Source of the DNA: an uncultured Clostridia bacterium
GTDB taxonomy: Bacteria; Bacillota; Clostridia; UBA1381; UMGS1253
DNA: 64,000 nucleotides
NCBI GenBank assembly: GCA_934456295.1
Contig: CAKSHB010000001.1
Span: forward strand, 174-64,173
Direction of reading: 5' to 3'
The translations under genes were made by a program, and so were the position numbers. Shown here piece after piece: positions 38,547 to 44,831 of the stretch (its first letter is position 1; the number at the start of each line of letters is the position of its first letter). The notes beneath the pieces were generated by a model, which saw only the letters and a list, made by a program, of their open reading frames with translations, had not been told where the DNA came from and did no database searches.

Positions 38547-38804
38547 TCAGCTTATAAATATTTTTGCACACACAAGCATAAGAAATCCCGGTATTCCGAG
38601 AAGTCCGCATACCACGGCGGAATAGAGGTTTACGCCGAGGCTCATGCCGAACAGACTTCCCGCATAGTTAAACAGCACAAGGCAAAGCGAGCCTATGACG
38701 CTGTTTGCCGCAGCCTTTAATATAAATTTTACGGGCTTTGTGAAGAACCATACAAGAAGATACAGTACGGCAAAGCCTAAAATAAAAAGCGCGATTGTGT
38801 TCAT
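38547..38804 (-). CDS. bofA: Pro-sigma-K processing inhibitor BofA-family protein
   Basis: MNTIALFILGFAVLYLLVWFFTKPVKFILKAAANSVIGSLCLVLFNY...GLLGIPGFLML is the typical two-TM BofA pattern. The exact start is uncertain. Confidence 0.75.
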   Translation of the reverse strand: MNTIALFILGFAVLYLLVWFFTKPVKFILKAAANSVIGSLCLVLFNYAGSLFGMSLGVNLYSAVVCGLLGIPGFLMLVCAKIFIS

Positions 38805-38877
38805 GTTTACATTCGTATAAATCTCCCCCTTTTTGCGGTGCGCGCTGTGTCTGCGCATTGTGAAACGGTGCTGTGTT

Positions 38878-39105
38878 TTAATTTTTGGTACTGTGCTTTA
38901 GTTTTTTTAGAAGGTAGCTGTATTTTGCCTGTGCGGCTTTTATCTGATAGGCATATGCGTCTACCAGAAGCGGGTCGGTGGCATATGAAAAGTTCTCATT
39001 TGCCATGTCGAGTTCAAATTTTGCATGTGCTATACTTTGCATGAGCTCGCTGCTTTCTCGTTCATATGATTTTTTTTGCGCTGATGTGCTTTGAAAAATA
39101 AACAT
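38878..39105 (-). CDS. YaaL-like protein (DUF2508)
   Basis: A 75-aa helical protein (AKFELDMANENFSYATDPLLVDAYAYQIKAAQAKYSYLLKKLK). Being adjacent to bofA matches the Bacillus yaaL-bofA arrangement. Confidence 0.7.
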   Translation of the reverse strand: MFIFQSTSAQKKSYERESSELMQSIAHAKFELDMANENFSYATDPLLVDAYAYQIKAAQAKYSYLLKKLKHSTKN

Positions 39106-39434
39106 ATTTTCCCTTTCTGCCCTTATTTGTCGGAGGTTGATTTTTGCGCCGCACTTGGGCAATACGCCGCGTTGTTTTTTGATATTAAATGCTACTATTA
39201 ATTATAGTCGGATATATGGATAAATATTCCGAAAAAAGAAAAAAGCAGAAAAAATTAACGCAAAAACCGCAGTTATATTAGGGTTGCGGCGGATTTAACC
39301 GCGTATGGAAAAAAATACGGGCGAAATAACTGGAAAAATTTGCAAAAATTTCCAAAAAAGCATTGATTTTTAGATTTATATGTGATATATTATGTTTACA
39401 GGAAAAAATTTACATTTAGGAGAGTGGGGCTATA

Positions 39435-40241
39435 ATGGAGAAAAATATATCCGTTTTGCTGGCAGACGACAGTGAGGAATTTGTAAAAACAGTGAAGGAT
39501 TATCTGGATTCACAGGAGGGGATTACGGTATCGGGTGTGGCACATGACGGACGCGAGGCGTTTGAAATGATAAAAGAAACAAAGCCCGATGTGGCACTGA
39601 TTGATATGGTTATGCCGCTTGTGGACGGATTGGGTGTTTTAAAGAAGATAAAAAATACAAATCTGGAGAAAGAACCGGTTTGTATGATGTTCTCGGGAGT
39701 CGGTCAGGGCAGAATGACACAGATGGCAATGGAGCTTGGTGCACAGTATTTTATTTTAAAGCCGTTTGAGCTTGATTCGCTTGCCGAAAGAATACGTGAG
39801 TTCGGCAACGGGGGAGAAGTCGGCGAGGCATGTGCAAATTCCTCGGAAAACAGTGACAAGGGCGCTGACAGCGCAAAATGCTACAGTGAGGATGAGCTGG
39901 AAATGGCGGTTACGGGTATAATTCATGAAATCGGAATACCTGCCCATGTAAAGGGATATCCGCTTATAAGAAGTGCAATACTTATGGCGATAAACGATAT
40001 GGAAATTATAAACCACATAACAAAACAGCTTTATCCCGATTTGGCGAAAATGTATAAGACAACACCGAGCCGTGTTGAGCGCGCAATAAGACATGCAATT
40101 GAGCTTGCATGGGACAGGGGAAACAGAGAGGTTATGGAGACGATGTTCGGCTATACGATTTCGCCGGATAAAGGAAAGCCGACAAACAGCGAATTTATCG
40201 CGATGATTGCCGATAATATGAGGCTGAGAATAAAGAGATAA
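39435..40241 (+). CDS. spo0A: Sporulation master regulator Spo0A
   Basis: A receiver domain (ISVLLADD..., [14 protein letters not shown]) plus the Spo0A-specific C-terminal domain ([22 protein letters not shown]...[17 protein letters not shown]...[13 protein letters not shown]). Confidence 0.95.
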   Translation: MEKNISVLLADDSEEFVKTVKDYLDSQEGITVSGVAHDGREAFEMIKETKPDVALIDMVMPLVDGLGVLKKIKNTNLEKEPVCMMFSGVGQGRMTQMAMELGAQYFILKPFELDSLAERIREFGNGGEVGEACANSSENSDKGADSAKCYSEDELEMAVTGIIHEIGIPAHVKGYPLIRSAILMAINDMEIINHITKQLYPDLAKMYKTTPSRVERAIRHAIELAWDRGNREVMETMFGYTISPDKGKPTNSEFIAMIADNMRLRIKR

Positions 40242-40268
40242 ATTGAAAAAGCAAAAACAATATAACAT

Positions 40269-40310
40269 AAGCGGAAAGTCATCATCGTGTGATTTTCCGC
40301 TTTATTATTT
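40269..40310 (+). terminator. Terminator after spo0A
   Basis: Stem aagcggaaa/tttccgctt with a 16-nt loop, followed by a T-rich tail. Confidence 0.55.
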
Positions 40311-40629
40311 GTAATATAAAAACGATTATTATGCATACTGTAAACGAAACCAGTGAAAAAAGGAATATATACAGTGAAAACATGAAACAGATATGTACAG
40401 TGTTTTCATTTGCGCCCATCATTGTTATGCCGAAATACCCTGTAAGCAGCAGAAAAATAAGCATTACAGAGGCAAAAATGCCGGACAGCATAATGCATTT
40501 CTGCCGGAAACGCCGGGCTGATTTTTGTTTTGCAAGAAAATGCAGACATTGGCGTTTTTTGCTGCATTTGCTGCATGAGGTATAATTGCTTGAAATACCT
40601 GTTATTTCCGTATATTTTTTATGTATCAT
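40282..40629 (-). CDS. Hypothetical small membrane protein
   Basis: A 115-aa ORF with a Cys-rich basic N-terminus and about 3 hydrophobic segments. I do not recognise a family, and the region is AT-rich. Confidence 0.4.
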   Translation of the reverse strand: MIHKKYTEITGISSNYTSCSKCSKKRQCLHFLAKQKSARRFRQKCIMLSGIFASVMLIFLLLTGYFGITMMGANENTVHICFMFSLYIFLFSLVSFTVCIIIVFILQIIKRKITR

Positions 40630-40664
40630 ATGTATAAACCCTCCGATTAATCAGGCATAAGTGT

Positions 40665-40800
40665 GTGTTCGGTAACCGCTATTGTAAATATTATAATGCA
40701 ACAGCGAAGGCGGCAAAAAGTCGCCGAAGAATTGCTTTTCAATATTTACATCAATTACAAACACGCAGGTGTTTGGTAACCGCTATTGTAAATATTATAA
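40665..40800 (+). repeat. 32-bp direct repeat pair (31/32 identical) with an inverted half-site between the copies
   Basis: gtgtt(c/t)ggtaaccgctattgtaaatattataa at 40665-40696 and 40769-40800. An inverted copy of tgtaaatatt sits at 40741-40750. Confidence 0.8.
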
Positions 40801-40942
40801 CATGCAAAGCATATATTTGCAACTATTATTTAACTATAAAATTAAATATAAATTTGATTATATAATTAATTTATAAAATAATGTAAGATTATAATGTGTG
40901 AGAGTTTAATATATACGGCTGCAAGGAGGAGTTGATACAGGC

Positions 40943-41119
40943 ATGGACTTTATAATAAAAAAACCCACAAGCTCAAACAGGACGATACGTATGCCGGATA
41001 CGCTTATTGAAAAAATAACCGAGATTGCCTGCGAAAAGGATATATCGTTTAATCAGGTTGTTGTTCAGTGCTGTGAGTATGCGATTGAAAATCTGCCGAA
41101 GGAGAAAGATGAAAAATAA
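40943..41119 (+). CDS. Small ribbon-helix-helix (Arc/CopG-like) DNA-binding protein
   Basis: A 58-aa ORF below the ORF-track cutoff, with AAGGAGGAG 9 nt upstream. RTIRMPDTLIEKITEIACEKDISFNQVVVQCCEYAIENL fits the beta-strand/helix/helix pattern. Confidence 0.6.
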   Translation: MDFIIKKPTSSNRTIRMPDTLIEKITEIACEKDISFNQVVVQCCEYAIENLPKEKDEK

Positions 41120-41128
41120 TTCGGAAGC

Positions 41129-41161
41129 AAAAAACCTGTCGGATATCCGACAGGTTTTTTA
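41129..41161. terminator. Bidirectional intrinsic terminator
   Basis: aaaaacctgtcgg-atat-ccgacaggtttttt is a perfect stem flanked by A and T runs. Confidence 0.8.
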
Positions 41162-41207
41162 GGCGTTTTAAGAAGTAAATTGCTATTGTGTTCAAATTAG
41201 CATCATT

Positions 41208-41299
41208 TGGCGGAGAGAGAGGGATTCGAACCCTCGGAACGCTATTAACGCTCACACGATTTCCAATCGTGCGCCTTAGACCGACTCAGCCATCTCTCC
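41208..41299 (-). tRNA. tRNA-Ser (anticodon GGA), CCA encoded
   Basis: The reverse complement folds as a cloverleaf: acceptor GGAGAGA/UCUCUCC, anticodon stem CACGA/UCGUG with loop UUGGAAA, a long variable arm, and T-arm GAGGG-UUCGAAU-CCCUC. It ends in GCCA. Confidence 0.9.
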
Positions 41300-41477
41300 G
41301 TATAAATATGCGATTATAAACAACGCTTATTATTTTAACACAACAAATATTATTTTGTCAATAAAAAATTGATTTATGTGCAAAAATGTGTGATGAAACG
41401 CTGTGTTAAAATTGCCCTGTGCAATTTCTTCCGTTGTTATAAGCCCTATAGGATTGAAACAGTGGGGTTGAAATTAC

Positions 41478-41506
41478 TTGACAGTAATTTCTTCCATTGG
41501 TATAAT
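41478..41506 (+). promoter_or_regulatory. Consensus sigma-A promoter of the SLH/DUF4430/ECF operon
   Basis: TTGACA (41478-41483), a 17-nt spacer, then TATAAT (41501-41506). Confidence 0.65.
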
Positions 41507-41546
41507 AAAAGTATAAAAACAGTTATTTTTGAAGGAGCGACCTTTT

Positions 41547-43151
41547 TTGAAAAAAATTATAAGTGTATTTTTATCTATATGCATAATATTTTCGGTAATT
41601 ACGGTATATGCAAATGAAAACACTGATGCGGCAATCAGCGACACGGTTTCATATCTGATTAATTTGCAGCCGAATCCGAGTGTAGGCTCAATCGGGGGCG
41701 AGTGGCTCGTTATAGGTATTGCGCGCAGCGGAGAAGAAGCGCCGCAGGGGTATTTTGAGCGTTATTATGACAATGTGTGCAGATATGTCAGTGAAAAAAA
41801 CGGTATTTTGCACGAAAAAAAGTATACGGAATATTCGCGGCTGATAATTGCGCTGACGGCTATCGGGAAAAATCCCGCCGATGTATGCGGATTTAATCTG
41901 CTGACAGCGCTCGGAGATTATGAAAAAGTCGTATGGCAAGGGCTGAACGGACCGATTTTCGCGCTTATTGCGCTTGACAGCAGAAATTATGAAATGCCTG
42001 TGTGTGCCGACGGCAAGCTTGCGGCGACACGGCAGATGTATGTGGATTGCATATTATCGCGGCAGGGAGATGACGGCGGCTTTGCGCTTGCGGACGGCGG
42101 AGCCTCAGATGTGGATATAACGGCGATGGCGCTTCAGGCGCTCTCTCGTTATACTAACGATGAAAAAACGAAAAATGCGGTCAGCCGCGCGCTGGAATTT
42201 TTGAGCAGTGTGCAGAATGACAGGGGCGGATTTTCGAGCGGCGGAAGTGAGAATGCGGAAAGCTGCGCACAGGTACTCACAGCACTTTCGGCTCTGGGCA
42301 TACCGGCAGATGACAGCCGTTTTGTGAAAAACGGAAAAACCGTGCTTGATGCACTGATGTCATTTTATTCGCCCAAGAACGGCTTTATGCACACAAAAGA
42401 CAACAGCGGTGTGAGTGCGATGTCGTCGGAACAGGGGTTATATGCTCTGGCGGCATACAGGCGCATGGTGCGCGGTGAAAACAGCCTGTATAGCATGACG
42501 GACGTATCGGTACAGCAGGGCGGCGGCGAAAGCTTTGGGCTGTCGGGAAAAGACGAGCGGATTAAGCATGTCGGCATTGTGCATGAGAACAAAACGTTTT
42601 CGGACATATCGGAAAATGTGTACAGGAAGGAAATAGAGGAACTTGCAAAGAGAAACGTGGTCAGCGGAAAAGGGCAGGATATGTTTGTGCCCGATGATAC
42701 GATGACGCGAGCCGAATTTGCGGCGATAACGGTAAACGCGCTCGGACTTGACACGGATTTTGAAAAAATATTTGAAGATGTCGGGCAGGAGGCATGGTAC
42801 GGCTCATATATTGCGGCGGCATACAGAGCAGGGATTGTAAACGGTGTATCGGATACGCTTTTTGAGCCGGAAAAGACTATTACGCGCATGGAGGCGTCGG
42901 CGATGGTTGCACGTGCGGCGGCGTTTTGCGGCATGAATACGGAAATCGGTGAATTGGCGGCGCGCGATGTGCTTGCTGTGTTTGATGATGCATATGACAT
43001 CAGCGCATGGGCAGTCGGACCGTTTGCTTTCTGTATTATAAACGGCATGATACCTGATGACGAGATGACGGCAGAGCCTGCGCGTTTTGTGACAAGGTGC
43101 GAAATTGCACACATGGTTTATACGCTGATGGACAGGGCAAAGCTGTTATAG
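41547..43151 (+). CDS. Secreted alpha/alpha-toroid (prenyltransferase/squalene-cyclase-like repeat) protein with three C-terminal SLH domains
   Basis: TTG start 9 nt after GAAGGAG. Signal peptide KKIISVFLSICIIFSVITVYA. Repeats carry the QGDDGGF, VQNDRGGFSSGGS and PKNGFMH motifs. Three SLH-like repeats follow (FSDISENVYRKEIEELAKRNVVSG, FEDVGQEAWYGSYIAAAYRAGIVNG, FDDAYDISAWAVGPFAFCIINGMI). Confidence 0.8.
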   Translation: MKKIISVFLSICIIFSVITVYANENTDAAISDTVSYLINLQPNPSVGSIGGEWLVIGIARSGEEAPQGYFERYYDNVCRYVSEKNGILHEKKYTEYSRLIIALTAIGKNPADVCGFNLLTALGDYEKVVWQGLNGPIFALIALDSRNYEMPVCADGKLAATRQMYVDCILSRQGDDGGFALADGGASDVDITAMALQALSRYTNDEKTKNAVSRALEFLSSVQNDRGGFSSGGSENAESCAQVLTALSALGIPADDSRFVKNGKTVLDALMSFYSPKNGFMHTKDNSGVSAMSSEQGLYALAAYRRMVRGENSLYSMTDVSVQQGGGESFGLSGKDERIKHVGIVHENKTFSDISENVYRKEIEELAKRNVVSGKGQDMFVPDDTMTRAEFAAITVNALGLDTDFEKIFEDVGQEAWYGSYIAAAYRAGIVNGVSDTLFEPEKTITRMEASAMVARAAAFCGMNTEIGELAARDVLAVFDDAYDISAWAVGPFAFCIINGMIPDDEMTAEPARFVTRCEIAHMVYTLMDRAKLL

Positions 43152-43170
43152 CATATGGGAGTGGGCTTGC

Positions 43171-43959
43171 ATGATGAAACATAAGAATAAAATAATTGTG
43201 GTGGCAGTTACACTGATATTGCTTGCGGCGGCATTTTGGTTTGGCGGAAATGCTCCCGGGACAGGCGGCACGGCAGATATGGGTACGGCGGAAAATGCCG
43301 GCAGTGCGGCAAGTACGCAGAGCAGTGACGCTGCGGTTCTGCCTATGCCTGAGGGAGAAAGACCGGTAGTTGACGGGGAAGCGGAGGAGGTGCCGAACGA
43401 AACCGCCGAGCCGGAAAAAGACGGGCAAAGCTCTGAGGCGAAGGATACACATGATAATACGGCAGTTTCGGAAAGCAATGAACAGCAGAACAATGACGGC
43501 GGACAAAACACACCGCCGACGGATAAAAAGCCGTCATGCACGATTTCGGTAAGCTGCAAAACAATACTTGACAATATGCAGTATCTGGCGGAGAATAAAC
43601 ATTCTCTCGTACCGCCCGACGGCGTGATACTTTCGCCCGTTACAGCGGAGTTTACTGACGGCGAGAGTGTATTTAACGTACTTTCGCGCGAGCTGAAACG
43701 CAGAAAGATACATCTGGAGTTTTCATATACGCCGATATACAGCAGTGTGTATATTGAGGGCATAAACAATCTGTATGAATTTGACTGCGGCGAATTATCG
43801 GGCTGGATGTATTCGGTCAACGGCGTATTTCCGAATTACGGCTGTTCGCAGTATAAACTGAGGGACGGCGACAGAGTTGAATGGGTGTATACATGCGACC
43901 TCGGGCGCGATGTCGGCGGAGGGGATGCGGCATATAAGCCAAAAGAGGAGCAGCAGTGA
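43171..43959 (+). CDS. Membrane-anchored DUF4430-domain protein (transcobalamin beta-domain-like)
   Basis: An N-terminal TM segment (IIVVAVTLILLAAAFWF), a ~100-aa acidic low-complexity linker, and a C-terminal DUF4430-like domain (CTISVSCKTILDN...GELSGWMYSVNGVFPNYGCSQYKLRDGDRVEWVYTCDLGRDVG). Confidence 0.8.
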   Translation: MMKHKNKIIVVAVTLILLAAAFWFGGNAPGTGGTADMGTAENAGSAASTQSSDAAVLPMPEGERPVVDGEAEEVPNETAEPEKDGQSSEAKDTHDNTAVSESNEQQNNDGGQNTPPTDKKPSCTISVSCKTILDNMQYLAENKHSLVPPDGVILSPVTAEFTDGESVFNVLSRELKRRKIHLEFSYTPIYSSVYIEGINNLYEFDCGELSGWMYSVNGVFPNYGCSQYKLRDGDRVEWVYTCDLGRDVGGGDAAYKPKEEQQ

Positions 43960-44831
43960 TGAATGGGTTTAAAAGCTATCACCCGTCGGTTAATTTTATA
44001 TTTTTTGCGTCTGTAATCGCGTTTTCGATGATTTTGATGCACCCTGTATGCTTATGCATATCGTTTGCGTCGGGTTTTGCGTATTCTGTTATGCTTAACG
44101 GCAAAAATGCGGTAAAGTTTAACCTGACGGTTCTTGTGCCGATGATGCTTGCGGCGGCGCTTATAAATGTCATGTTTAACCATGAGGGCGCAACAATACT
44201 GGCATATCTTCCGGACGAAAATCCGCTCACGCTCGAATCGGTCTTTTACGGTCTTGCGGGTGCGGCGGTTCTTGTTGCGGTCATATGCTGGTTTTCATGT
44301 TTTAACGCTGTTATGACAAGCGATAAGATTATATATTTATTCGGCAGGATTGCGCCGTCGCTGTCGCTTATACTTTCTATGACACTGCGCTTTGTGCCGC
44401 GGTTTAAATCACAGATGAAAAAAATTTTAGGGTCGCAGCGATGCATAGGGCGCGATGTGACAAACGGGAGCATAATTGCGCGCGCAAAGCACGGGATAAC
44501 AATTTTGTCAATTATGATTACATGGGCGCTGGAAAATGCCGTAGAAACCGCAGACAGCATGAAAAGCCGAGGTTACGGTCTTTCGGGCAGAAGCGCCTTT
44601 TCAAATTTCAAGCTTACGGGACGCGATATTGGGCTGATTATTTTTATATGCGCGGCTGATGTCTTAATGGCTGCCGCATGTATGTACGGAACCGCCGGCT
44701 TCAGCTATTTTCCGGTTACGGACGGGCTGAATATGAGCGTATACGGTATAGGAGCGGCTGCCGCGTATGCGGCATTGTGTGTATTGCCGGCGGTTATTGA
44801 GGTGCGGGAGGTTTGCAGATGGGGGAAATAA
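43956..44831 (+). CDS. ecfT: ECF transporter transmembrane (T) component, CbiQ/EcfT family
   Basis: A polytopic protein with coupling-helix Arg-Gly motifs (QRCIGRD, MKSRGYG). Its start overlaps the upstream stop, and its stop overlaps the downstream ATPase gene. Confidence 0.8.
   Translation: MMNGFKSYHPSVNFIFFASVIAFSMILMHPVCLCISFASGFAYSVMLNGKNAVKFNLTVLVPMMLAAALINVMFNHEGATILAYLPDENPLTLESVFYGLAGAAVLVAVICWFSCFNAVMTSDKIIYLFGRIAPSLSLILSMTLRFVPRFKSQMKKILGSQRCIGRDVTNGSIIARAKHGITILSIMITWALENAVETADSMKSRGYGLSGRSAFSNFKLTGRDIGLIIFICAADVLMAAACMYGTAGFSYFPVTDGLNMSVYGIGAAAAYAALCVLPAVIEVREVCRWGK

Noticed and set aside
39106-39434. I looked for Spo0A boxes (TGTCGAA / TTCGACA) and a sigma-H promoter upstream of spo0A.
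   Set aside because: There is no exact 0A box; the closest is agtcgga near 39209. I found no convincing sigma-H -35/-10 pair and only a moderate sigma-A-like TTGATT-17-TATATT. The evidence is too weak to annotate.
41300-41546. I looked for a cobalamin riboswitch upstream of the SLH/DUF4430/ECF operon, since it would support a B12 role.
   Set aside because: I could not find the conserved B12-box core (GCCACUG-like) or the GGGAA/GGUG elements on the + strand. The only CCACTG-like string is on the wrong strand. The leader after the promoter is only about 35 nt long. A covariance-model search is still advisable.
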